Shown here piece by piece: positions 8,362 to 17,565 of a DNA stretch of 32,000 bases. Source of the stretch: Mycolicibacterium smegmatis (GTDB lineage: Bacteria; Actinomycetota; Actinomycetes; Mycobacteriales; Mycobacteriaceae); NCBI RefSeq assembly GCF_001457595.1, contig NZ_LN831039.1:3120001-3152000 (forward strand), read 5' to 3'. A program made the translations under genes and the position numbers. The notes beneath the pieces were generated by a model that saw nothing but the letters and a program-made list of their open reading frames with translations, did not search any database and was not told the origin of the DNA. Position 1 is the stretch's first letter. Each line of letters opens with the position of its first letter.

Positions 8362-10026
8362 TCAGGCCGCCAGAGCCGAGCGCAGCACGTCGAGCGGCAG
8401 TCCGCCCAGATCGAGCGCGCGGCTGTGGAATTCACGCATCGTCAGCCCGCGGCGCACGCTGTCCTCGCGCAGTTCGTGCCAGATCCGCTGGCCGATGGCG
8501 TACGACGGCGCCTGGCCCGGCCAGCCGAGGTAGCGGTCGAGTTCGAACTGCAGGTTCTCCTCGGCCATCGCCGAATGCGAGGTCAGGAAGTTCCACGCAC
8601 GTTCGGCGTCCCACACCTCACCGTCGGGTGCCGTGAGCCCGCAGTGCACACCGATGTCGATGACCACGCGCGCGGCGCGGAACCGCTGCGCGTCGAGCAT
8701 GCCCATGCGGTTGCCCGGATCGTCGAGCCAGCCGAGTTCGGCCATGAGGCGTTCGGCATACAGTGCCCAGCCCTCACCGTGGCCCGACACCCAGCACCCC
8801 AGGCGGCGCCACCGGTTGAGACGCTCGGCCAGGGCGACCGCGCGCCCGATCTGCAGGTGATGGCCGGGTACGCCCTCGTGGAACACCGTGGTCGTTTCCT
8901 GCCACGTGTGGAACTGGTCGACCCCGGGCGGCACCGACCACCACATCCGGCCCGGACGGCTCCAATCCTCCGACGGGCCCGTGTAGTAGATGCCGCCGGT
9001 CTGGGTCGGGGCGATGCGGCACTCGAGCCTGCGCAGCGGGCCGTCGATGTCGAAATGTGTTCCGGCCAGCGAATCCACGGCACGGTCGGACAGGTCCTGC
9101 ATCCACGCCTGCAATGCATCGGTTCCGGTGACGACGTAGCGCGGTTCCTCGTCGAGGCGGCGCAACGTCTCGGCCACCGTGGCGCCCGGGTAGAGCTCCT
9201 GGGCGATCGATTCCTGTTCGGCGACAATGGCGTCGAGCAGGTTCAGACCCCACTCGTAGGACTCGTCGAGGTCGGCCTCGGTGCCCAGGAACGCGCGCGA
9301 CAGCAGGCGGTAGGCGTCGCGTCCGCACGCGTCGTACTTGCGCGCCCGCGGCGCGACATCGTCGCGCAGGACTGTGCCGAGGTAGAGATACGCGTCGGCC
9401 GCCGCCGCGGCGCGCTCACGCAATTCGTCGACCGGGGCCGAGTCCGGGGCGCCGGACACCATGTCCACGAACAGTTTCTGGATCTGTTCGGTCTGCGCGA
9501 TGCCGCGCTGGACCTGTCGGATCGCCGGCGGGTCGTCGCCGGCCACGCGGGCCCGCAGCGCGGCCGCGTAGTTCTCGACCCGTTCGGGGATCCTGGCCAG
9601 ACGTGCGGAGACCACCGCCCAGTCCTCGGCGGTGTCGGTGGCCATCAGGTCGAACACGTCGCGCATCGACTGCAGCGGCGACGCGATCACGTTCAGTTCG
9701 CCGAGATCCAGGCCCGCGTCGTGCAGTTCGACCGCGACGCCGAGGCGTTCGCGCATCGCGGCGATGGTCACGACGTCGACGTCGTCGACCGGTTTGGCAC
9801 CGTCGAGTTCGCGCAGCGTGGCGCGGGCGGCCTCGGCGCGGGCCGCCACGCCGTCGGGGGAGTAGTCGGTGATGTCGTCGTCGTGCCCGGCGATCCCCAA
9901 TTCGGTGGCCGCACAGGGGTCCAGGCGCGCGTAGGTGTCGAGGTAGCGTTCTGCGATCTCGTCGACCGCGGTCTTCGCCCTAGCCAAGATCGTTGGTCGC
10001 GAACGTGTCGCACTTGTTGGGATCAC
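8362..10026 (-). CDS. DUF885 family protein (putative metallopeptidase-like)
   Basis: 554 aa. VFHEGVPGHHLQIGRAVALAERLNRWRRLGCWVSGHGEGWALYAERLMAELGW is the DUF885 signature. Start uncertain: GTG 10026 or TTG 9987 (LARAKTAVDEIAERYL). Confidence 0.88.
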   Translation of the reverse strand: MIPTSATRSRPTILARAKTAVDEIAERYLDTYARLDPCAATELGIAGHDDDITDYSPDGVAARAEAARATLRELDGAKPVDDVDVVTIAAMRERLGVAVELHDAGLDLGELNVIASPLQSMRDVFDLMATDTAEDWAVVSARLARIPERVENYAAALRARVAGDDPPAIRQVQRGIAQTEQIQKLFVDMVSGAPDSAPVDELRERAAAAADAYLYLGTVLRDDVAPRARKYDACGRDAYRLLSRAFLGTEADLDESYEWGLNLLDAIVAEQESIAQELYPGATVAETLRRLDEEPRYVVTGTDALQAWMQDLSDRAVDSLAGTHFDIDGPLRRLECRIAPTQTGGIYYTGPSEDWSRPGRMWWSVPPGVDQFHTWQETTTVFHEGVPGHHLQIGRAVALAERLNRWRRLGCWVSGHGEGWALYAERLMAELGWLDDPGNRMGMLDAQRFRAARVVIDIGVHCGLTAPDGEVWDAERAWNFLTSHSAMAEENLQFELDRYLGWPGQAPSYAIGQRIWHELREDSVRRGLTMREFHSRALDLGGLPLDVLRSALAA

Positions 10027-10873
10027 CGGTGCGGTAGCCCTCGGTGAACCATTTCTGACGTTGTGCCGACGAGCCGTGTGTCCAGGCTTCCGGGTTCACC
10101 CGCCCGGTCGCCGACTGCTGGATACGGTCGTCGCCGACCGAAGCCGCGGCCGACAGCGCGTCGGCGATGTCCTTGTCGCTCAACGGCTCCAGGAACGGGA
10201 CGCCGGTGCTCTCCTGACGGGTGATGGAGGCGTAGTGAGCCCACACACCCGCGTAGCAATCGGCCTGCAGTTCGGTGCGCACGCCCGCGCCGGTGGCGCC
10301 CTCGGGGTCTCGCTGCGCCCGGCCCAGCACACCGAGCAGGTTCTGCACGTGGTGGCCGAACTCGTGCGCCACGACGTATTCCTGTGCGAGCGGGCCACCG
10401 CTGGAGCCGAACTGTGTCTTGAGTACGTCGAAGAAGTCGGTGTCGAAGTAGGCGGTCTTGTCGACCGGGCAGTAGAACGGACCCACGTCGCTGGTCGCGG
10501 TGCCGCACCCGGTGTTGACCTGGCCGGTGAACAGGCGCACCTGCGGCCGCTGATACCCCTGCAGCAGTTGCTGCCAGACGCCGTCGACCGAGTTGCCGGT
10601 GGCCACCACGCGGCATTGCACGATCTCGTTGGCGTCGGCGCCGGTTCGGCACTGGCTCAGATCGAAACCGCCGGCCTCGGCGCCCTCGGAGTCCATTTGC
10701 TGCTGCTGGGGCAGAACCTGGCCGGGATCGACGCCGAGGAAGAGCGCGAGCACGACGATAAGCAGACCGCCCAGGCCACCTCCGATGGCCATCCCCCGAC
10801 CCGGACCACGGCGACCACCGCCACTGGTCGAGGTGGTGCTCGTGTCGATCTGCATACCCTCGTTGAAGGTCAT
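9980..10873 (-). CDS. ypfJ: Neutral zinc metallopeptidase, YpfJ family
   Basis: 297 aa. Single N-terminal TM (MAIGGGLGGLLIVVLALFLG), GPFYCPVDKTAYFDTDFF, AQEYVVAHEFGHHVQNLLGVL. Confidence 0.92.
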   Translation of the reverse strand: MTFNEGMQIDTSTTSTSGGGRRGPGRGMAIGGGLGGLLIVVLALFLGVDPGQVLPQQQQMDSEGAEAGGFDLSQCRTGADANEIVQCRVVATGNSVDGVWQQLLQGYQRPQVRLFTGQVNTGCGTATSDVGPFYCPVDKTAYFDTDFFDVLKTQFGSSGGPLAQEYVVAHEFGHHVQNLLGVLGRAQRDPEGATGAGVRTELQADCYAGVWAHYASITRQESTGVPFLEPLSDKDIADALSAAASVGDDRIQQSATGRVNPEAWTHGSSAQRQKWFTEGYRTGDPNKCDTFATNDLG

Positions 10874-10945
10874 CGCATTGCTCCATCGCCTTCGCGCTCA
10901 CGCCGTGTTTGCGGCTCGTTCAGCTTGCCACACTACGATTCAGGC

Positions 10946-12421
10946 GTGTCCGTCGTCGCGGAACATTCGACCATCGCCCACACTTCGCTGGGCACGCTGC
11001 GCGGAACGCTCGAGGCCGGCGTCAGCGTCTGGCGCGGTGTCCACTATGCGCAGCAGCCTGTCGGCGATTTGCGGTTTCGTGCGCCGCAGCCACTGCAACC
11101 GTGGTCAGGCGTCCGTGAAGCCGTCGAGCACGGCCCTTTGCCGCCGCAGGGGCGATCGTTCGTCGGTGGCGGGCGCGACGACCCCAAGATGCGCGACGAG
11201 GCCTGCCTGACCGTCACCGTATGGTCGCCCGACACCTCCGGTGCGCTGCCGGTGATGGTGTGGATCCCGGGCGGGGCATTCGTCTACGGCGCAGGTCAGC
11301 TGCAGCTCTACAACGGCTCGCGGCTGGCGGCCAACGGCAACGTCGTCGTGGTCAACGTCACCTACCGGCTCGGTGTGTTCGGTGGATTCGAACTGGGTGA
11401 TCTCGCCGGTGATTTCTCCGACAACCTGTGTCTGCGCGATCAGCTCGCGGCGCTGCAGTGGGTCCGTGACAACATCGCCGCGTTCGGCGGCGATCCGAAG
11501 CGGGTCACGGTGTTCGGTGAATCCGCCGGTGCCACATCGGTGTTGGCGCTGCTCGCCAGCCCCTCCGCCGAGGGACTGTTCGCACGCGCGATCGCGCAGA
11601 GCCCGGCGCTGCCACTGATCGCCGACCGCGACGTGCGTGCCAGACAGGCGCACCGCTTCCTCGAGATCGTCGGCGAGGACCCGGCGAAACTGCGTGACCT
11701 GCCGCAGAAGCAACTTCGCCGCGCGGCCGGGCAGGTGCAACTGGAGAGCGCGCAACACACCCCGACACTCGCGTACGGCCTGACCCACGGCGTCGACCTG
11801 CTGCCGCGCCATCCCATCGACGCCGCGCGGGCCGGCGAGGTGCTGCCGGTTCCGCTGATCATCGGCACCAACAGCCACGAGGCATCGATGTTCGCGTGGG
11901 GCAAGCCGCCCATGCTGCCCACCACCGTGGCCGGCGTCGAGCACTATTTCCGGCGCAAGCACGCCGGGGCCAAGGACCGGATCCTGTCGGCGTATCCGGC
12001 CTTCCCGCGTCGCCGCGCGCTGGTCGCGTTCGGATCCGACGTCATGTTCGGGGCGCCCACCTGGGCGTTCAGCGACGCCTACAGTGCGCACGCACCCACG
12101 CACGTGTACCGGTTCGACCACACCACGTGGACGCTTCGGGCCCTGGGGCTCGGCGCGACCCACGGCAGCGAGATCGTGCACATCCAGCACAGCTACGGGT
12201 CGTACCTGGGCCGCAGACTGCACCCGCTGGGCAGGCACGTCCAGCCGTCGGTCGGCAGGCGCATGCAGCGCACATGGCTGGATTTCGCGCGTGCGGAGAT
12301 CGCCGACTGGCCGTTCTACGACACCGAGCGCCGTCTCACGCGCGTCATCCGGTCGACGCGCGACGACACCGTCGCCGATCCCGATGCGTTGCGGCGCGCG
12401 GTGTGGGAGGGGCTTTACTAG
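10946..12421 (+). CDS. Carboxylesterase/lipase family protein (type B carboxylesterase)
   Basis: The track ORF starts at 10061, but the family begins at GTG 10946 (VSVVAEHSTIAHTSLGTLRGTLEAGVSVWRGVHYAQQPVGDLRF). GESAGATSVLALLASP nucleophile elbow. 491 aa. Confidence 0.9.
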   Translation: MSVVAEHSTIAHTSLGTLRGTLEAGVSVWRGVHYAQQPVGDLRFRAPQPLQPWSGVREAVEHGPLPPQGRSFVGGGRDDPKMRDEACLTVTVWSPDTSGALPVMVWIPGGAFVYGAGQLQLYNGSRLAANGNVVVVNVTYRLGVFGGFELGDLAGDFSDNLCLRDQLAALQWVRDNIAAFGGDPKRVTVFGESAGATSVLALLASPSAEGLFARAIAQSPALPLIADRDVRARQAHRFLEIVGEDPAKLRDLPQKQLRRAAGQVQLESAQHTPTLAYGLTHGVDLLPRHPIDAARAGEVLPVPLIIGTNSHEASMFAWGKPPMLPTTVAGVEHYFRRKHAGAKDRILSAYPAFPRRRALVAFGSDVMFGAPTWAFSDAYSAHAPTHVYRFDHTTWTLRALGLGATHGSEIVHIQHSYGSYLGRRLHPLGRHVQPSVGRRMQRTWLDFARAEIADWPFYDTERRLTRVIRSTRDDTVADPDALRRAVWEGLY

Positions 12422-12924
12422 CCGACCGGGTAGCGCGCGTCGCTGTAACGGCGCAGGTTGTTCAGGAAACGCTGGAACAGCCACGCCATCACGGGCCGGC
12501 CCAGCAGCATCCCCAAACGCCCGGCCGGGCCGCTCGGCTGGATCGCCATCACCCAGGTCAGGTGGCAGCCCTGCGGTGTGTCGACCACGCGGTAGTCCTC
12601 GGCGAACGCCGAGATGGCGCTCGACGTCGTGGTGTTGAACCGGAACGCCATGTGCGAGAACGGCTCCCAGGCGAGGAACTGCTCGTGTCCGACGATGTTG
12701 CCGCGCATGCGCACGGTGCGCGTGGTACCGACTCCGCGCGGTTGCGGACTGGTCCACTCCACGTCGGTGATCACCGTCGCCCACTTCGGCCACGACGTCT
12801 CGTCGGCCAGCACCTCGAACAACTGCTCGCCGGTGATCGCCAGGTCGACGGTGCTCACGAAGCGGAACGGGGCACGGTCGATGAAGTCGAGGTCGACGCG
12901 TTCACACTCGTAGGTCCGGGCCAT
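12418..12924 (-). CDS. SRPBCC (START-like/polyketide cyclase) family protein
   Basis: 168 aa. FRFVSTVDLAITGEQLFEVLADETSWPKWATVITDVEWTSPQPRGVGTTRTV. Tail-to-tail 4-bp overlap with the esterase. Confidence 0.85.
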   Translation of the reverse strand: MARTYECERVDLDFIDRAPFRFVSTVDLAITGEQLFEVLADETSWPKWATVITDVEWTSPQPRGVGTTRTVRMRGNIVGHEQFLAWEPFSHMAFRFNTTTSSAISAFAEDYRVVDTPQGCHLTWVMAIQPSGPAGRLGMLLGRPVMAWLFQRFLNNLRRYSDARYPVG

Positions 12925-13052
12925 GAGTAGACACTGTAGGGGAAAGTGTCTACTCGGGGTCGCGATCGGTTGTTCGCCATCGCCACGTCGGCAGTGTGGA
13001 CCGACTCTCTAGACTGATCAGTCGTCCCACCCGTCTTCACAAGGAGTACTTC

Positions 13053-14849
13053 GTGCTGCGCACTCATGCCGCCGGTTCGTTGCGGCCCGCCGACGCCGGT
13101 CAGACGGTGACGTTGGCGGGATGGGTGGCGCGTCGCCGTGATCACGGCGGCGTCATCTTCATCGACCTGCGCGACGCGTCCGGGGTGTCGCAGGTGGTGT
13201 TCCGCGAGGGCGACGTCCTCGCGGCCGCGCACAGGCTGCGCGCCGAGTTCTGCGTCGCGGTGACCGGCGTCGTCGAGGTCCGTCCCGAGGGCAACGAGAA
13301 CCCCGAGATCCCCACCGGGCAGATCGAGGTCAACGCCACCGAGCTGACTGTGCTGGGCGAGAGCGCGCCGTTGCCGTTCCAGCTCGACGAGCAGGCCGGC
13401 GAGGAAGCGCGCCTGAAGTACCGCTACCTGGACCTGCGCCGCGAAGGCCCCGGCAACGCACTGCGGCTGCGGTCGAAGGTCAACGCCGCCGCACGGTCCG
13501 TGCTCGCCGAACACGACTTCGTCGAGATCGAGACCCCGACGCTGACGCGATCGACGCCCGAGGGCGCCCGCGACTTCCTGGTGCCCGCGCGCCTGCAGCC
13601 CGGCTCGTTCTACGCGCTGCCGCAGAGCCCGCAGCTGTTCAAGCAGCTGCTGATGGTCGCGGGCATGGAGCGCTACTACCAGATCGCACGCTGCTACCGC
13701 GACGAGGACTTCCGCGCCGATCGTCAGCCCGAGTTCACCCAGCTCGACATGGAGATGAGCTTCGTCGAGGCCGACGACGTCATCGCGATCTCCGAGCAGG
13801 TCCTCAAGGCCGTGTGGGCCACGATCGGCTACGACCTGCCGCTGCCGCTTCCGCGGATCAGCTACGAAGAGGCCATGCGCCGCTTCGGCTCCGACAAGCC
13901 CGATCTGCGCTTCGGCATCGAACTCGTCGAGTGCACCGAGTACTTCAAAGACACGACGTTCCGCGTTTTCCAGGCGCCGTACGTCGGCGCCGTCGTGATG
14001 CCCGGCGGCGCGTCGCAGCCCCGCCGCACGCTCGACGGCTGGCAGGAGTTCGCCAAGCAGCGCGGGCACAAGGGCCTGGCGTACGTGCTCGTCGGCGAGG
14101 ACGGAACCCTCGGCGGGCCGGTGGCCAAGAACCTGTCCGACGCCGAACGCGACGGGCTGGTCGCGCACGTCGGCGCCAACCCGGGTGACTGCATCTTCTT
14201 CGCGGCAGGTCCCGCCAAGGGTGCCCGCGCGCTGCTCGGCGCCACCCGCATCGAGATCGCCAAGCGCCTCGACCTCATCGACCCGAACGCCTGGGCGTTC
14301 ACCTGGGTGGTCGACTTCCCGATGTTCGAGGCCGCCGACGAGGCCACGGCCGCCGGTGACGTCGCCGTCGGCTCGGGCGCCTGGACCGCGATGCACCACG
14401 CGTTCACCGCGCCCAAGCCCGACTCCGTCGACACGTTCGACTCCGATCCCGGCAACGCGCTGTCCGACGCCTACGACATCGTGTGCAACGGCAACGAGAT
14501 CGGTGGCGGCTCGATCCGTATCCACCGCCGTGACATCCAGGAGCGGGTGTTCGCGATGATGGGCATCGATCACGACGAGGCCCAGGAGAAGTTCGGGTTC
14601 CTGCTCGACGCGTTCTCCTACGGCGCCCCGCCGCACGGCGGCATCGCGTTCGGCTGGGATCGCATCACCGCACTGCTCGCCGGGGTCGATTCGATCCGCG
14701 AGGTCATCGCGTTCCCCAAGTCCGGTGGCGGGGTCGACCCGCTGACCGACGCGCCCGCACCGATCACGCCGCAGCAGCGCAAGGAATCCGGGATCGACGC
14801 CAAACCCAGGGAAGACAAGCCGAAGGAAGACGCCAAGTCAAAGGCGTGA
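13053..14849 (+). CDS. aspS: Aspartyl-tRNA synthetase (Asp/Asn-type, mycobacterial)
   Basis: GTG 13053 with RBS AAGGAG at 13041-13046; 598 aa. [23 protein letters not shown] (OB fold), [89 protein letters not shown]. Confidence 0.98.
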   Translation: MLRTHAAGSLRPADAGQTVTLAGWVARRRDHGGVIFIDLRDASGVSQVVFREGDVLAAAHRLRAEFCVAVTGVVEVRPEGNENPEIPTGQIEVNATELTVLGESAPLPFQLDEQAGEEARLKYRYLDLRREGPGNALRLRSKVNAAARSVLAEHDFVEIETPTLTRSTPEGARDFLVPARLQPGSFYALPQSPQLFKQLLMVAGMERYYQIARCYRDEDFRADRQPEFTQLDMEMSFVEADDVIAISEQVLKAVWATIGYDLPLPLPRISYEEAMRRFGSDKPDLRFGIELVECTEYFKDTTFRVFQAPYVGAVVMPGGASQPRRTLDGWQEFAKQRGHKGLAYVLVGEDGTLGGPVAKNLSDAERDGLVAHVGANPGDCIFFAAGPAKGARALLGATRIEIAKRLDLIDPNAWAFTWVVDFPMFEAADEATAAGDVAVGSGAWTAMHHAFTAPKPDSVDTFDSDPGNALSDAYDIVCNGNEIGGGSIRIHRRDIQERVFAMMGIDHDEAQEKFGFLLDAFSYGAPPHGGIAFGWDRITALLAGVDSIREVIAFPKSGGGVDPLTDAPAPITPQQRKESGIDAKPREDKPKEDAKSKA

Positions 14850-14892
14850 TCACGGCAGGGAATACGTCCGCGGCAGGAAGGCTTGTGCAGGC

Positions 14893-15348
14893 ATGACCGA
14901 CGATTCGATCGACAAGGAAAAGCTGTACTCCGACACTGCCGCGCTGGACGACTTCAACAGCAAGGTGGTCGAGGAGTTCCGGGCCAACGGCGGCAAGGTC
15001 GGCGGACCGTTCGAGAACGGCACCCTGCTGTTGCTGCACACCACCGGCGCTAAGTCCGGGCAGCCCCGGGTGTCACCGCTGGCGTATCTCCCGGTCGACG
15101 GCAAGATCCTCATCGTCGGCTCGTACGCGGGCGGGCCCAAGCACCCGGCGTGGGTGCACAACCTGCGGGCGAACCCGAACGCGCACATCGAGATCGGCAC
15201 CGAGGCCTACGACGTCGTCGCTCGTGAACTGCCCGACGACGAACGTGACGCGACCTACCCCAAGATCGTTGAGATCGCGCCGGTGTTCGCCGAGTACCAG
15301 GCCAACACCACCCGCCAGATCCCGCTGTTCGAATTGATCCGCGCCTAG
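14893..15348 (+). CDS. Deazaflavin (F420)-dependent nitroreductase family protein (Ddn-like)
   Basis: 151 aa. LLLLHTTGAKSGQPRVSPLAYLPVDGKILIVGSYAGGPKHPAWVHNLRANP is the Ddn-family signature. Confidence 0.92.
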   Translation: MTDDSIDKEKLYSDTAALDDFNSKVVEEFRANGGKVGGPFENGTLLLLHTTGAKSGQPRVSPLAYLPVDGKILIVGSYAGGPKHPAWVHNLRANPNAHIEIGTEAYDVVARELPDDERDATYPKIVEIAPVFAEYQANTTRQIPLFELIRA

Positions 15349-15349
15349 G

Positions 15350-16291
15350 TCAGTCGAAGAGCGCGCGCAGGCGCAGCAACTGCTCGTCGCGCCACAACAC
15401 GCGTGCGTCCCAGTCGTCGAGATCGAGCAGTTTGCGCCGTTGTGCGGTGGCCTCGGCCACGAGACCGGGTGTCCACGGGTCGTGCTGGCCGCGTTCGGCG
15501 CCCATGCGCTCATAGGCCGGCCCCATCTTCTCGGCGTGTGACGCCAGGCCGCCGCGCGTGTTGAGGTCGCTCGTCTCGAACGGCCCCATGAACGCCCACC
15601 GCCGGCCGAGACCGCTGCGCACCACCTCGTCGATGTCGTCGACGGTCGCGACGCCGTCACGCAGCAGGCAATAGGACTCCCGCAGCAGCGCACCCTGCAG
15701 CCGGTTGAAGACGAACCCCTCGACCTCCCTGCGTACCGGCACCGGACGCAGACCCGCCGTGCGGTAGACCGACATCGTGGTCTCGACGATCTCCGGCGCC
15801 GTGGCCGGTCCGGGCACCACCTCGATCACGGGCAGCAGATATGGCGGGTTGCCCGGATGTCCGACGAGCACACGCCTGGCCACGTCGGCGGGAAGGTCGG
15901 CAGACAACGTGCTCGGTACGATCGCCGAGGTCGAACTGGCCAGTGGCACAGAACCATCCGTGAGGGACGCCGCGTCGCGCAGCAAGGGCACCTTGATCTC
16001 GGCGCGTTCTGGTGCGCACTCCTGCACGAAGCCGGCGCCGGTGACCGTGTCCGGGAGTGAGGTGGTGAACCGGATCCGCTCGATGATGAGGTCCGGATCC
16101 TCGTCCAACTGGCCGAACGCCTGCAACTGATCGAGTCTGCGGGCGAGATCGGCGCCGGCGCGTGGGTGTGCGGTCGGATCCGGGTCGAACACCGCGACCG
16201 GAAAACCTCTGGTGGCGAACAGGATCGCGAAGGACACGCCGATCGAGCCGGCACCGAGCAGCGCTGCGGAGGTGGACTGGTGCGATTTCAT
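15350..16291 (-). CDS. 3-hydroxyacyl-CoA dehydrogenase family protein
   Basis: Rossmann AALLGAGSIGVSFAILFATRGFPVAVFDPD, VLVGHPGNPPYLLPVIEVVPGPATAPE, VEGFVFNRLQGALLRESYCLLRDGVAT. ATG 16291 overlaps the upstream stop by 4 bp; the track start is GTG 16297. Confidence 0.9.
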   Translation of the reverse strand: MKSHQSTSAALLGAGSIGVSFAILFATRGFPVAVFDPDPTAHPRAGADLARRLDQLQAFGQLDEDPDLIIERIRFTTSLPDTVTGAGFVQECAPERAEIKVPLLRDAASLTDGSVPLASSTSAIVPSTLSADLPADVARRVLVGHPGNPPYLLPVIEVVPGPATAPEIVETTMSVYRTAGLRPVPVRREVEGFVFNRLQGALLRESYCLLRDGVATVDDIDEVVRSGLGRRWAFMGPFETSDLNTRGGLASHAEKMGPAYERMGAERGQHDPWTPGLVAEATAQRRKLLDLDDWDARVLWRDEQLLRLRALFD

Positions 16292-17565
16292 CGCCACCAG
16301 GACCGGTCACCGTCGTAGCCACGTTCGAGTATGCCGCGCACCGTTTCCGCGGTCAGCTCGCGCGGATTGTTGGCGGTCAGCCGCGTGGCGAGCATGGCCT
16401 GCTCGGCGACGAAATCGAAGTCGCGCGGCTGCAGGCCGAGCGTGCGCAGGTCGAGCGGGGCACCGAGCGTTGCGAGGATCTCCTCGATCCGCTCGATGGC
16501 TTTCCGGGCCTGTGTCTCTTGCGGATCTGTTTCGCTCGCGACCCCGAAGATGCGCCCGATCTCGGCGAACTCGGGTACCCGCGTCGGCAGGTTGTAGCGC
16601 ATCACATATGGCAGCAACGCGCTGATGCCGAAGCCGTGCGGGGTGTGCGTGAGGTTCCCGATCGGCGACTGGATGGCGTGTGCACCTGCGGTGCCGGCGG
16701 TGTTGATGGCCATACCGGCGCAGTACGCGCCGAAGAGGGTGTCCGAGCGTGCCTGCAGATCACCGGGCCGCGACGCCACAGCGGGCAGGGAGGTGTCGAG
16801 CAGTGCCAGCCCGGTACGTGCGTACGTATCGGCCAGCAGGTTCTTGCCCGCGTAGAGCTTGGTCGCGAGGTCGTCCGGGCCCGGGTTCTTCGCGCGCCCG
16901 GTGAACGATTCGATCAGGTGTGACAGGGCGTCGGCACCCGCGGCCGCGGTCAACCCCGGCGGGCAGGTCAGGGTCAGTTCGGGGTCGATGACAGCGGCCG
17001 TGGCCTCCAGGTGTGGGCTCGCCACACCCACCTTCATGCTCTTGTCCTCGTCGTATATCACCGAGATGCAGGTCACCTCGGCGCCGGTGCCGCCCGTGGT
17101 GGGAACCGTGATCACCGGGCATCCCGGCCCGGGAACCAAGAATTCGCCGTAGTAGTCACGCACGTCGGCGCCGTGCGCGAGCACGACGGAGGCGATCTTT
17201 GCCAGGTCCATGCACGACCCCCCGCCGATCCCGACAATGACGTCGACATCCTCGCGGCGGAACCGCCCGGTGATCTCGGTGACGTTGCGCCGCGGCAGGT
17301 CCGGTTCGGTGCCCCCGTACACCTCGACGGCGACCCCGCATGCGGTCAATCCCTCGGTGATGACGGCGAATTCGGGACTGTCGGCCATGCGGGAATCGGT
17401 GATCATGAGCACCCGCTGCCCGATCGAGGAGACCAGGCGGGGGAGTTGTCTGCGCTGCCCGGGCCCGAACAGGACCGTGCCGGGTTGACGCAACAGGCCG
17501 AGCCCCAGGCTGTTCTCGGTGCGGTGCGTACCGGTCTGAAATGCGGTGACAACCGGGGTGTTCAT
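16288..17565 (-). CDS. Iron-containing alcohol dehydrogenase
   Basis: 425 aa. VIVGIGGGSCMDLAKI, PGCPVITVPTTGGTGAEVTCISVI, AHAIQSPIGNLTHTPHGFGISALLPYVMRYN. Confidence 0.93.
   Translation of the reverse strand: MNTPVVTAFQTGTHRTENSLGLGLLRQPGTVLFGPGQRRQLPRLVSSIGQRVLMITDSRMADSPEFAVITEGLTACGVAVEVYGGTEPDLPRRNVTEITGRFRREDVDVIVGIGGGSCMDLAKIASVVLAHGADVRDYYGEFLVPGPGCPVITVPTTGGTGAEVTCISVIYDEDKSMKVGVASPHLEATAAVIDPELTLTCPPGLTAAAGADALSHLIESFTGRAKNPGPDDLATKLYAGKNLLADTYARTGLALLDTSLPAVASRPGDLQARSDTLFGAYCAGMAINTAGTAGAHAIQSPIGNLTHTPHGFGISALLPYVMRYNLPTRVPEFAEIGRIFGVASETDPQETQARKAIERIEEILATLGAPLDLRTLGLQPRDFDFVAEQAMLATRLTANNPRELTAETVRGILERGYDGDRSWWR

Noticed and set aside
8098-10047. 649-aa plus-strand ORF opposite DUF885/DinB genes
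   Set aside because: Shadow of the DUF885 coding frame; no recognisable domain and it spans two well-supported genes on the other strand.
12855-14636. 593-aa minus-strand ORF opposite aspS
   Set aside because: aspS on the plus strand is unambiguous; the antisense frame is low-complexity GC-rich shadow.
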